Notes: generated from the sequence alone by a model not told the origin. DNA of 51,300 nucleotides, filler included, from Bipalium vagum (GCA_037834085.1; 2 parts of 2 records of this genome joined end to end with filler, not necessarily neighbours in it); one strand, 5' to 3'; numbered from the whole stretch's first letter, positions 15,063 through 27,129 are shown. A program made the numbers and translations.

Positions 15063-15405
15063 TACAGAGTGAGTCATAGATACCGCAACATGTTTGAAAC
15101 GGCCTAAATTTCTACAATCAATTGATATATAAAAACGAAGAGAATATATTCAAAACAACAATAAAGTGCTCATTTGTCGAAATGGCTTCAAAATAGATAT
15201 ACAACCCTCAACAGATATACATTTGGCAAGTCTGGAGGAATAGATCTACCTAATTTGCTACAAATGTCTGTGGAGAGGTTAGCTGTCTCTCGCCGAATTG
15301 AAGTCTTAAGATCATCAAGTGTGCGTGATTTTATGCATAAACTCTCTCCTTCATTACTCCCAATAAAAAGAAGTCAGGTGGTGTCAAATCGAGAGATTCA
15401 TTAAG
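15063..15405 (-). mobile_element. Tc1/Tc3/DD41D-like transposase C-terminus with TIR
   Basis: SLDLTPPDFFLLGVMKERVYA and TLDDLKTSIRRE; TA|cagagtgagtc end at 15063. Confidence 0.8.
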
Positions 15406-16399
15406 GTTAATTTTTTCAAAAAGGTTTTGATTTGTCCAACAATACAAAAACTTCAAAAATTTGAATTTTGTTTTTTTTGAACAAACTTTCAGTCATTTTT
15501 TTACATATTTTTTTGTTGACAAATTTTAATTTTTAGGTTTGTGTGACTTAGAGACCTCTGGTGTAGTCAATAAGAGTATGGGGACATTTTAGTAACCTAG
15601 ATAAAAAACCAAACATGTTAAAGAATCTACCTCTTTATTTTCATTACAGAATCGTTCCTATTTAAAGTTTTCTGTTAATATTTTACTTCATACAACCGCT
15701 TCGTTTCTACTTAATATTGTTTTTAATGAATTATTACCGCGCTGTCCATTATAACTTGTTTCCTGCTCAAAGGAAATTTTTGTAATGATATTAATAATAA
15801 GCCCATACAATCTTATGTGGATTTTTAAAACTTCTCAGTCTAGATCTGCCGAAAAACTTTTCTGATGTCTCCGTAAACTTTGTCATTGTGATAATAATCG
15901 GCTTATAATAATAATCATTATGAAGTAACTTGATAATCATATATATTGCAATCTCATATCATTAATTATAATCACCAATAATATTCAATTATTTTTATTA
16001 TGAACTTCATTAAATTTGATTTTTTTTAATTAATAAATTAACACGTGTTGAAAACAATGAAAATTGGATACTGTCATATCCGTAATTAAATTAACTTTTA
16101 TTAATTAATTTAATATTGATTTATAAATTCAGATTGAAGGGTTTTTATAAAAAATACACTTTGAACTAAATTAAAAATTTTACTTTTAATGGGTAATGCA
16201 ACTTAATAAATAAATATTAATTCCCATTAATAAGCTTTGTAAAACTGATAGACTTGTGTTGAGTTTAACTAAGTCACTGATATTTACAAAATTTATTAAA
16301 AAGAGAACAAATTTGAAAGAAAGAATATTAAGTTTTCTACGTGAAAAATATTTATATTTTAATTTTTTGAAAGAGTCTTGATTAATTAATTTTTATTTT

Positions 16400-17317
16400 T
16401 ATAGGTAGTTGCATTAATTAAAATAATAAGTTTTTAATAATAAGAAGTTTAAATAAAAAATCCACAAACATTTAATTTTACATGATATTTTATCCAATAT
16501 AGGAACAATCATTGTTAAAAATATTTTCCCATCTTTCTGGTAAAAAATCAATTCCACGACTAAAAATTGTTTTCTTTGAAATTTACTCATATACTTAATC
16601 CATTTTTCGACATCAAAATGATTGTTGAAGTGATTTTCAGGAAGGCCATGTTGCATTGAACGGAAAAGGTGATAATATCTTGGTGCGATGTCTGGTGAGT
16701 ATGGCGGGTGACATAAAACCTCCTATTAAAATTCTACTGTCATATTCTTTACTAAGATCGAAGTGTGGGGTCGAGAATTATCATATCGTAACAACACATT
16801 CTCATATCTATTGTAATTATCTGTCTAGCCATTTACCGTGAAATACTCGCCTCAAATCTCATTTAAGTGTTGACTCTCCTAACTGACCAGGCTTCAAGCC
16901 ATGATGGTTTTCCTTTCGAATTTTCAAAAAAATCCATATTTCATCACAAGTAATAATGAGATGTAAAAATACTTTTTCCTTTGAAATGCTGAGTAGCGCC
17001 TTACAAATGTCTAATCGTTTTAAAATATCTCATTCTTTCAACAGTCAAGACAATCATTTCCAGACTTTCTGAAGCACTTCTTTTGAGATGAAAACAAAAA
17101 AGCAACGACTCCCGCAAAGGGGATTTTTTAAATAAAATTTGTTATATTAAATATTTCGGTTCTCGTTTTCTGTACAACTTAACTAAATTACATACAATTA
17201 TTTTAACCTTTAAATAATAATACGTAACAAATCTTATCAATTGCTTAAAATCATCCCTGAAATATTTAATAAATTAGTATATTAAAATAAACAGTGAGAC
17301 ATAATACAACTACCTAA
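16400..17317 (-). mobile_element. Decayed mariner in DGK intron
   Basis: Matching ITRs taggtagttgcatta / taatacaactaccta. Peptides TCDE.WIFFENS, SPDIAP and MQHGLPENHF. Confidence 0.85.
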
Positions 17318-17508
17318 TATTTTAATTATTTCACATTATTATTTTTAATTTAAATATTTTAGTAATTATGGAAGAAAATTATTTTTTTATTTTAAATTAT
17401 AAAAATATATTCTTAAATATTACAATAATAAGATTAATGTTAATATTATTATTACTAGTCTAAAAATAATATTAGTATTATTAATCTAAAAATAATAGAA
17501 AAACTTAC

Positions 17509-17637
17509 TTATAGTACTGAAATTGTGATTAGATCTGCCAGATTTTTTAGAAGATGATCGAGAATGATGAACAGGAGTATCATCAACTCCTGACTGCATT
17601 GAATTTGTAACTAGTGAAGGATGACTGTGGGCAGAAC
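17509..17637 (-). CDS. dgk: Type I DGK exon (Ser/His-rich linker)
   Basis: Follows a 43-nt intron (17638-17680). ctacag|GT and A|gtaagt, 129 nt, phase 1/1. SSAHSHPSLVTNSMQSGVDDTPVHHSRSSSKKSGRSNHNFSTI. Confidence 0.8.
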
Positions 17638-17680
17638 CTGTAGAACTAATTTAAACATACTTTCTTTTCATATAAAATAC

Positions 17681-18134
17681 TTAAGTTAGATTTAAGTTTT
17701 TTGTTGAAGACATTTAATAAAGGATGGTCAAAGTTCGGATGAACAGGCAAAGTTCGACATTTTTGGTTTGATATCAATGACTTGTGGCATTTGAAGTTAC
17801 TATGGTGAATGAAAGCAGGATTTATGAATTTTGAAGGAATTGTACTGGAACCGTAGCCAAGTGCGTTTAGCTTTTCCGAAAAGTTCGACAATATAGCATT
17901 TGTACCAGGAACATATAAGCTGTTATATCGAACACGATTTTCATGCACGACTTTTTTATTTTTGTCTTGAACTGATTTCGTTTTCGGAAGTACTGGTATA
18001 TCTTGGCTTACCTTCATATCAGGATAGGATAGACGTCTCATGAAGGATAGAAACAATTTATCTCGAATTGATTGGGGGAAATTATCACCCAAATAAGCAG
18101 ATATAAAATGACAATATCCATTATGATTGATTGG
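17681..18134 (-). CDS. dgk: Type I DGK exon (N-terminal domain plus linker)
   Basis: ttacag|CCA and A|gtattt, 454 nt, phase 0/1. PINHNGYCHFISAYLGDNFPQSIRDKLFLSF resembles DGK [30 protein letters not shown]. Overlaps ORF 17646..18092. Confidence 0.87.
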
Positions 18135-18392
18135 CTGTAATATTTTAATAAATAAATATAAAACAAATTAATTATTTTATTTCATAATTATTTGTCAAAT
18201 TTTAATACGAAATTTACAAAAAAAATAAAAATTATTTGAATTGCACCGAAAAAAACGTTTTCTTTAAAAATTAAAAATAATTATTTATTAAAATTATTTA
18301 AACCATTGAGATGTATTAATAAAAGTTATTTAATTGAACTCTCTATCATAAAAAAAGTTATATAATATCTTATGATATAAAAAGTTTATTAC

Positions 18393-18472
18393 CTTTTCCG
18401 GATCATATTGTGCCAATTTCGCACCTGGCTTGAATTCTTTATGTACCACATCTTGCAGTGGGTGTACAGCAT
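18393..18472 (-). CDS. dgk: Type I diacylglycerol kinase exon (N-terminal domain)
   Basis: ccttag|AT and AAG|gtaata, 80 nt, phase 1/0. xAVHPLQDVVHKEFKPGAKLAQYDPEK resembles DGK-beta [25 protein letters not shown] (recalled, not aligned by tool). Confidence 0.85.
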
Positions 18473-18689
18473 CTAAGGTTAATGTTAATAATTAATAATA
18501 ATTATAATCACAATTATAACAAATATTTATCAAAACGCATTAACATTTGCAATTTAATTTTCAGATTTTTTTATTTTGGTTTAAGTTCTTTTAATTTTTT
18601 AAAATTTTATTTTATTAAGTTTTTATTTCAATAAGCTTTGGTTAATTTAATTTTCAAAGACCAAATCACAACTTTCATTTTTGGTAATT

Positions 18690-19097
18690 ACATGATAATG
18701 CTCCATGATAACGCTCCTATTTACACATCAAAGAAATTCCAAGAAACATTAGAAACAGCTGGATTTGTTTAGCTGCACTATCCCCCTTACATCCTAGATC
18801 TCGCACTAAGTGATTTCAGGTTGTTCAACCATTTGAAGAAACATATGCGAGGACAAAAAATTGTTTCAAAGGATGATATGAAGGATAATGTGACGAAATT
18901 CCTCGTGGAAGGATCAAAATTTCTTTGAAATGGTCTTTAATGGAATGGTCGACAGGTGGAATAACTTCGTTGATGTAAACGGCGGTTATGTCGAGAAATG
19001 AGACCTATACATGTATATGTATTGTTAATAAAAGATTTGTTCAGTTATTTTCATTATTTCTGCTAGAGTCTAAGTACTTTTTAGTCTTACCCCGTAT
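18690..19097 (+). mobile_element. Mariner 3' half (DD34D, irritans-like)
   Basis: LHDNAP...YPPYILDLALSDF has 34 residues between the catalytic Ds. C-terminus VNGGYVEK*; ends ccccg|TA. Confidence 0.88.
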
Positions 19098-19805
19098 ATT
19101 GGTTCATGAGATAAAACTTTTAATTAAATATATATTTGGCTGAGTATTAAAGTATGAAGTTAAGGAAAACATTACTGACAATGATGGAGAATATCTTTTT
19201 GATCAAGAAATTATATTACAATGAATTTTTTTTAACATAACAGACCAGAGATTGAAACTCTAATAAGTGAACATTATTGATCTACTATAATGAAATGAGA
19301 ATTACTTTTATGAATCATTATTAATAAAATTTCATTAGAATGTGCTCATACTAGGATTTTCTGCTTAGTAAAGCACGTTCCCTTCAATTGATCTGAAAAT
19401 TAATACATACATTTAATCTTTTTATTTTTTGGTATGTATCCTATTCTTGTATGTTTTATGATAGACATGTCCTTCAATAAATAATTTATTTCTTTTTTAC
19501 CACTCCTTTCTTTTGTGAATTTATCTAGCCGATCGATCAACTTGGATCAAAATTTCTGTGATTAAGACTCAAGAAATATTAAGAAACCAATTATACAATA
19601 ATAAACACTGAAAAATGATCCCTTTGAATATTAATAATATTCTTTATACATTATAATTTTGTTTAGGAAATAGTTTTATGTTTTAGTGCAACGCGGTCTA
19701 AACATCATCTTATTAATTTTTTATTTTAGGCTCTCCTAACACATATATTTATTTATTTACTATTTTTTCGTCTTTTTTATTCAAATATTTGTTATTTTTA
19801 ATATA

Positions 19806-19891
19806 CAGTACCTTCAAAAAGTATTCGTACGATCACCTTTTTCATAATAAAACTTAGATTTAGAAAAGATAAAGAAACTTATGAAGTGAAA
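19806..19891 (+). mobile_element. Tc1-type TIR running into the gap
   Basis: TA|cagtaccttcaaaaagtattcgtac, a typical Tc1 terminus. Confidence 0.65.
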
Positions 19892-19991
19892 NNNNNNNNN
19901 NNNNNNNNNNNNNNNNNNNNNNNNNNNNNNNNNNNTTAATTAATTAANNNNNNNNNNNNNNNNNNNNNNNNNNNNNNNNNNNNNNNNNNNN
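19892..19991. other. Artificial assembly spacer (44 N + TTAATTAATTAA + 44 N)
   Basis: Exactly 100 bp and symmetric. The 12-mer at 19936-19947 gives stop codons in all six frames. Confidence 0.95.
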
Positions 19992-20199
19992 CTAAAGTTT
20001 TGTGAAAGATTTTATACCAATAAAGATTTATTAAACATTTGTTCATTTCTTTTCGATTTGTTTTATATGGTGACAGTGATTTTTAGTTTTGTGCTTGAAA
20101 GTTCAACTGTAAACTCTTCTAATATTAAAAAGCCAAATTTCGATCTTTTTAACTTAAAATCAATCACTTTTTAGAAACAGAGTTTATCCATTTCATCTT

Positions 20200-20380
20200 C
20201 TTTATTGCTAAAAAACAGAAATGAGGCTCTACTTAAAAGAATTAATACCTGTGACGAGAAATGGACGTTGTGGTGAGTGAGCAGACAAAGTATAAGTGGA
20301 TAAAAACGTTTTTCAAAGTGCGTTATAAACTTTTGATTTTGTGATATGAAAAACGGCAATACTTTTCTCTCAGCCCAATA
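20200..20380 (+). mobile_element. Internally deleted mariner fragment
   Basis: KRINTCDEKW followed shortly by a 3' ITR aaacggcaatacttttctctcagcccaa|TA. Confidence 0.7.
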
Positions 20381-22550
20381 TTTCTTTAGTTAAAATTGGT
20401 ATCCAATATAAAGTAAGCTCTGAGTTTTTTAAAATGAAAAAACTAGGGAAAAGATCTTTTGCTCAAAATGTTCACTCTTCATAAAATTCAATGTTAGATA
20501 ATCAACTTCAACTGAAATTTTACCATCTTCCCTTTTTTGTAAATAGTGAATCGGTGATTGTCATGATATAAAAATAAGGTCCGAAATCATTATTTTTAAT
20601 AATTAATTAATATTTAACACAAATAAAAATTGAGAACCATTAATATAAATATAAAAGATAACATCAATTTTATAACATAATTCACAAGTTCATAATATGA
20701 ATAATAAAACATTAATTTTGATAATATTATTAATAACTTATAAAATGTGATAGTTGATTTAACACGAAATTAATTAATTTAATTCAATCTAGACTTATAA
20801 CGTTTATATATTATAATAGGTAAAAAAATAACAGTTAACTCATGTCCCATAAATAATGCGGACAATATATAAGCCAAATAAAATTATTTTATTAAAAAGA
20901 AAAATTAGCTTGACATGCTGAAAAAACAGGTCTGATGCCTAAAATATATAAAATTAAATGCACCAATAAAAGATTCTTAACATTAAGATTATTTTTAATA
21001 CATAATTATTGTTATAGAAATGGCATTTTTTGTTTAATGTAATGAATTTCACTTTGAATGTAAAATTTACATTGTAAATATATAATTATATTTTGTTTAA
21101 ATTCTTATCATTAAAAATATTTTTAAAAATCATTACAATTATATTACTTTTAATAGTATTACTTAATACTAAATATTTGCATTTCATACTTTATGACCTA
21201 ATAAATTAAATATTTAAATGGGATACTTGAAAAACACAATTTAATCAATATCTAATTAATAATATTATATATTTAAAATAAAATAAATATATTTAAATCG
21301 ATGGAATATAATATTTTCGAATAATAAATATTAAAGTGAAAATTATCATGATTTTGTTTATATTCATAAATATGTTTTGAAAATATTTTTTTAAAATTAA
21401 AATGGAGTTAAAAGGAAATGATATATCCTTTGCTATTCATATAACTTCATTAAATATTGCTATTGTGGTTCTTTGAACTTTAATATCAAAAAGAAAAAAG
21501 TATTTATCCTTTTATAAGAGTCAGATATTTTTCTTTGATATTTTGTTTGAACTTTTCAGCAATATCAGATTTATGAAATTTAGTATTTTAATTTAAATTA
21601 TTAATTTAACAAAATAATTTAATTATATATTAATTTTCATTTTTAATGACCATTTCTCTAATGAAACTTAAGAAGAACTAGGTGGAAAAGAATTTCAGAA
21701 ATAATTATTGATGAATTTTACTTAAATAAAAATCCTAAGGTGAGAAAGAGAGAACATGTGTTGACTCTTTAAAATAATTGTGAAAGTATTCCTTCAGTTA
21801 AGAGGCTTTAAATATTTTAAAGTATCAAATATCTTCTGAAACATTTTAATTAATATGCTTAATTTTTGAATTTATTTAGTTTCAATTTAAAGCAGTTCAA
21901 TGTTTTTTGCCTTTTCTTAGTCTTACTCGCCAGTACACACTTTGAACTGTATATTCTTATTATTAAATGCAGCTTTTATTCAAATATTTCAGTCTTATTT
22001 TTTACGTTGTTCAGAAAATTGATGTCAATTTTAAGTCAATTAAGAATTCCTATTGTATTAGGCTTTCAAAAGGTCTACCAATAAAAATTATTGATATATT
22101 TAAAATCATGTAATAAAAAAATTCATACGTACATCTTTACAAAAAATTTTCAGTCTAATTTTTCGATTTTTTTTAATCTGATCTCTTTTTAGGTTTCAAT
22201 ATATTTTTTACATAAATCTCTATCTATCTTGTCTTAATAATATTTTTAAGTAGCTTGTAGAATTCCTTATTTATGAAAACCAAAAGCTTATAATTTTACA
22301 ATTTGTGTGAATACAAATATGAAATTTTATAAAAAGACTAGTTTATATAAATAATATTTTTTTTCTTATATAATAATAATTATTATACATCATATTTTTC
22401 ATTAAAAATCGGAAAAGACTTATTTAACACTTTGTATATTTATATATAAAATTACCAAAATTTTTATTTTTTTTATAACTTAAATATTAAAATTATTCAT
22501 AATAGTAATAATATATTATGATTTTTTATCATAAATAAACAAATACGAAC

Positions 22551-22749
22551 ATAATATATTGGCCATTGTTGATAATTTTGATCTATATATATTTCTTCGG
22601 AACAATTGTTGTTTGGGTGGTAAATATAATTGTCAAGAAGTATTTGAGGATGGTTTATTATTTCATTATTTGTATAAGACGATAGTAAAGTTCTATCAAC
22701 AGAATACCCAATGTTATCATCATCAGAAGTTTCGCAATATTTTGTAAAC
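22551..22749 (-). CDS. Protocadherin exon G (cytoplasmic tail); 3' boundary uncertain
   Basis: Follows a 45-nt GT-AG intron (22750-22794) in phase 2. RFTKYCETSDDDNIGYSVDRTLLSSY...QQWPIYY. Possible ends are a donor at 22550 (gttcgt), a donor at 22546 (gtattt), or read-through to TGA at 22497-22499. Confidence 0.78.
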
Positions 22750-22794
22750 CTAAATAAACTTTTAACACTTTTGTCATTTATATTATTAACTTAC

Positions 22795-23030
22795 CTATTA
22801 CTTCCGTCTTGTGGATACATGATGTTCTCATTAATCTTTTCTGATTCACAACAAGGCTTTAATAAACATAAGATCGCCGTTATTAAAATTATGATCAGAA
22901 CAACACTTAAGGTTGAGAGAATAATCACAACAAGTAAATTCTTCCCACCTATCCACATAATCAGCCCAGATTCTGATTCTGATAACTTATCTGAAGATGA
23001 TGGACGGTCTTCTATTTTTATTACTGCTAC
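22795..23030 (-). CDS. Protocadherin exon F (end of EC7, transmembrane helix, juxtamembrane)
   Basis: ttccag|GTA and AG|gtaagt, 236 nt, phase 0/2. VAVIKIEDRP...NLLVVIILSTLSVVLIIILITAILCLLKPCCESEK, with one long hydrophobic run. Confidence 0.9.
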
Positions 23031-24751
23031 CTGGAAATATTAAAAATGTATTAAGATGATATTTTTATTATTTCATCAAAAAGTTGATTCTATTGTCCTT
23101 TTAGTTACAATACCTTTTTGAAACAAATATATATATAATATTTTTGGAACAAAAAATTCATTAAGCTCTATTATCATTTAATTAAAAAACAACTACTATA
23201 TTGAGTAGCTAAAAAGTCTGGAGTAAGATTTATTACTTGTGTTGGTCTGTAATAATATTTTTACAAAAATAAATGTAAAGGATATTCAAGAAAAAATCGG
23301 GAAATTTTGTACAAAATATAAAACAAAATAGAACTATCTAATTAATTTGTATAAAATTGATAACATGTATAAGAATATGAAAGATTATTCGATATCATTT
23401 CCATTAGCCGGAGTGTAGTCTTTTTGAAATACATAATTTGTCTCATACTTTTTCTTGTCTCTAGTAAGTTGGTATATCTCTCTGAATTGATCACAAGGTA
23501 TGTCTAGATAGAAATTGTTGATACATGACACAACCTTCACTAGGTATGACATGCAACACAATAGTAATTCCTGGAAACTTATTAGAACTGAAGGTTGGAC
23601 TGGTTTTATAAAATACTCCCGATTTATCTCGAACACTTTATATTTACAAAGTTTATTTATAATCGATCTTAAATATCATATTTGTTTTATTACGTATCCA
23701 AAAGCACCAAATTTCACATTTCAAAATGATTCTCTGAATAATGCACCAGAAAACAGAAAATATCTATTCTGTTCAGTCTCCGCAGAATGACAGAATAACG
23801 AGATAATGTATCAAGCAATACTGACTTTAATAATCTCTTAATCTCTTGAATGAATGATATCTTTTGATTAAGAATTTGCAGTATGAAAATGAATACTTAA
23901 TATATTTCATATTTGATTAAGTATGGTAAAAGAGTACGAGTAGACAGAAATGCTTCTGAGAAGAATTTTGAGGAAAAATAATAAAATTCTATGGATAAAT
24001 GTTTGCTGTTTTAAAAATTATAGTCTTTTTAATAAATTAGGAAATACAATAAGAGAAAATGTGAAAAGGAATCTAATTAAATAAAGGAGAATAAAATGAT
24101 ATAAAAGTAACATATTCTACAGGAAACAATTTCAATTCATCTTCTCAGCAAATGTAATCTTTTTTCATTCTAATTTTAGATTATTCATAAAGAATAAATA
24201 AGAAAATCTTCAATTGCTGAAAGATGTTAAGAAAAAACTTTTGCACTGAATGAGTTAGGAAAAAATATAAAGGAAAAAAGTAAAAGTGAGACACCAATAA
24301 TGAAAGCAGATAAAGTGGTGATATTTATTTAATCTTAAAAGATTCTGAGTAGATTCGATGAAAATACAAACCATAGAAAAAAGACTTAGTCAATCTATTA
24401 AAGTAATCGTAGAAAGATATCTTTGAGATCAGAAGACTGATAAAAATATTAAAATAAATTAAAGAAACACACCTGGAAGCAAACAACAAATAATCCTTAA
24501 TGATGATGACAAAATTGTGTAATTCCGATTTATTATCATCTTTAATCTAGAACTTTTATTATAATTCTTTGGTTTATAAATATGGAATTTTACAGTAAAC
24601 CGAATATCTTAAAACCAATTTGTAATTGAAGTACCACTGTGATCAAAACATTTATTTGAAAGAAGTTTAAACATTGTATTTTCCAGTAATCGTTGTGTTT
24701 GTATTGTTACTGTTGTCTTTCATGAATTTACTATTTTATTATTTATTAATA

Positions 24752-25996
24752 TTAGATTGTGCAAAAAGTTTGGCACGTTTTTTGTACATTCATTTTAAAA
24801 CAGCATAATTTAGCCGAAACAAAACGTTTATTGATTAAAATAAAAACCATTAGCATTTAAATACTTTTGCCAACAGATTGGTGGATTTTCCATTTCTATG
24901 CGATAGAATTTGTTAGACCTGGAGACAATGAACTGTTCAAATTCTTTTTATAACACCTCTTCGTTCTGCAATCTTTTTTCATTCAATGAATATTTTAAAT
25001 ATTTGAATAAATAGAAAGCAGTTGGCGAGATATCAGGTGGATACGGTGGATATCGCAGAATTACATATTTTAAGCTTTTCAGCTTATGCATGGTTTGCTT
25101 TGCTATATGCGGATGGGCACTGTAATTCAATAGAATTAGGCCATTTCTCTTGATCAATACTTGGTACATTCTTTTCAACTTTTCTTGCATAAGATCAGTT
25201 TCTAGACAGTATTTCTCTGCTGTTATTTCTTCCTTTTCCAGGTAATCGTAATGAGTCACTCCTTTTGGACACCACCACAACGTAGCAATTATCTTTTTTT
25301 CATTTTGACTTGGTTTTGGGAAAGACTTGGGACATTCACAGATGTCAAACCACAGTGCTAAACGTTTTTTATTGTTATTTAGCAACCATTTTTCATCATA
25401 AGTAATCAGGCGATAAAGAAATGGGTCGTTTTTCATCCCAAAAATGAGTTCTGAGCATATCTCATAGCGCTTTATTTTGTTTTTTATGGTTAGTTCATGT
25501 GGCTTATGTCCAGCTTATTTGTCTTACCTATTTACTTCATATGACTGGAAATACTGACATCTAGTCTTTTGGGAAGTTTCTATATTGTTGTTCATGTATC
25601 CTCTTTCACTAAAACCTTTAAATCTTTGTCATCAAGTTTGGAAGGGTGGTTAATTCGTTCCAAATCTTCAAGGGATAGATCTCCATTACGGAACTTCTGG
25701 TACCAACGTTGAACTACTGACTGACTGATTTACAGTACCACGGCCACAAGACTTAATTAATTTTTCGAGCAGTTTCAAATATTTAGTTGAAACTCATAAA
25801 AATAAAATTTACACAAATCGCTACACGACATTCTACATCAAATGTGAAAAAGGTAGTCAAATTTTAATTTAAAAGCAAAACAGGTTAGTACTTTAAAGAT
25901 ATAGACTTTTAAATGCTATATAATATTAAACAACTTTATATTAATACAAATTTTATGTATATTAACAAAAATGAGAACACTTTCTGAACAACCTAA
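24752..25996 (-). mobile_element. Near full-length decayed mariner
   Basis: TA-flanked ITRs. ORF 24948..25436 has ITYDEKW and YPPYPPDISPTAFYLF. The 2nd and 3rd catalytic Asp are mutated. Confidence 0.92.
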
Positions 25997-26059
25997 TAAC
26001 TAATTTATGAGTTAAGATGTTTTGTCTATTCGGAATATTTTAATGTTTTAATTTTTACA

Positions 26060-27129
26060 AATAATGCGAAATATGATTGAAAAATGTTACAGCGAAATTT
26101 AAAGACGGCTGTATCAAAGTTACCGATGAACTTCACATAGGAAAAGCAGACTAAAAATATCGGTTAATGATGTAAATGTCACATAAATCAATGAAATGAT
26201 ATATTGGGTTGGCAAGAAAGTTCGTGCGCTTTCTAATATTGGAAGTTGTAAATCAAATTGGCCGCTAGTGATGAAAAATGGATTGTCTATTAAAATGTAA
26301 AACACAAAAAGTCTTGGGGTCGTTCTGGTGAGCTTTTTTGAATCACATTTTAATAGACAATCCATTTTTCATCACTAACGGCCAATTTGATTTACAACTT
26401 CCAATATTAGAAAGCGCACGAACTTTCTTGCCAAACCAATATATCTATCACAGATTAACTATTCAAGCTATTGTCATATTGATTTGAAATTGAAACAAAA
26501 GTAACATCTAATTGAAATATTTAAGATGAATTTGCATCAATATCAGAATAATCCTACGTTCATGAATCTTATAATAACTGGTGATGAAACTTGGATATAT
26601 GCTTATAAAATAAAAACTAAGTAGTAGACAAGTGAATGGCGCTTTAGAGGTGAATCAATGCCAAAACAATGTCTTCGAGATAAATCGAAAACCAAGTTTT
26701 TCTATGTTTTTTCGATATTCGTGGTATTATACAAAATAGTGAAAACTTCTGGATCATCCATCATGATAACGGCCCAGCTCACAGATCATTGCTTGTGTGT
26801 ATTTTTTAGTAAACAGTCGAAAAGATCATTGAACAAATTCCATATTTATATGATGTCTCATCCTGTGACTTTTTTGCTTTCCAAAGTTGAAAAATCAACT
26901 TTGTGGTCTACTGCTTCAGTCGATTGAAGCAATAAAAGAAAAACCATTTTAAGACGACTAGCCAGAATTGAATATGATGAGTACATAGAGGATTGCAACA
27001 AATGTATTCTAGCTGAAGATGATTACTTTGAAGGAGACAATGGTATTTCTATATAAAAATGTTTTAATAAATTAGTTATATGCATTTTTCCTTTTTTAAT
27101 ATTCAGAAGATTTCTTTATCACAGTAGTA
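26060..27129 (+). mobile_element. Irritans-like mariner interrupted by a MITE
   Basis: FKDGCIKVTDE..GK, NPTFMNLIITGDETWIYAY, and a C-terminal DDYFEGDN. Confidence 0.82.
26204..26439. mobile_element. Fold-back mariner-derived MITE (236 bp)
   Basis: 95-bp arms at 26204-26298 and 26345-26439 with 2 mismatches, a 46-nt loop, and TA on both sides. Confidence 0.93.

Noticed and set aside
20515-20590. Possible AT-AC (U12) linking exon between the protocadherin and DGK
   Set aside because: There is no AG acceptor, no ATATCC donor upstream, and the phases do not fit.
22559-23043. Plus-strand ORFs 22559..22747 and 22711..23043 (also 36597..36791 and 41179..41400)
   Set aside because: These are antisense shadows of the real protocadherin exons.
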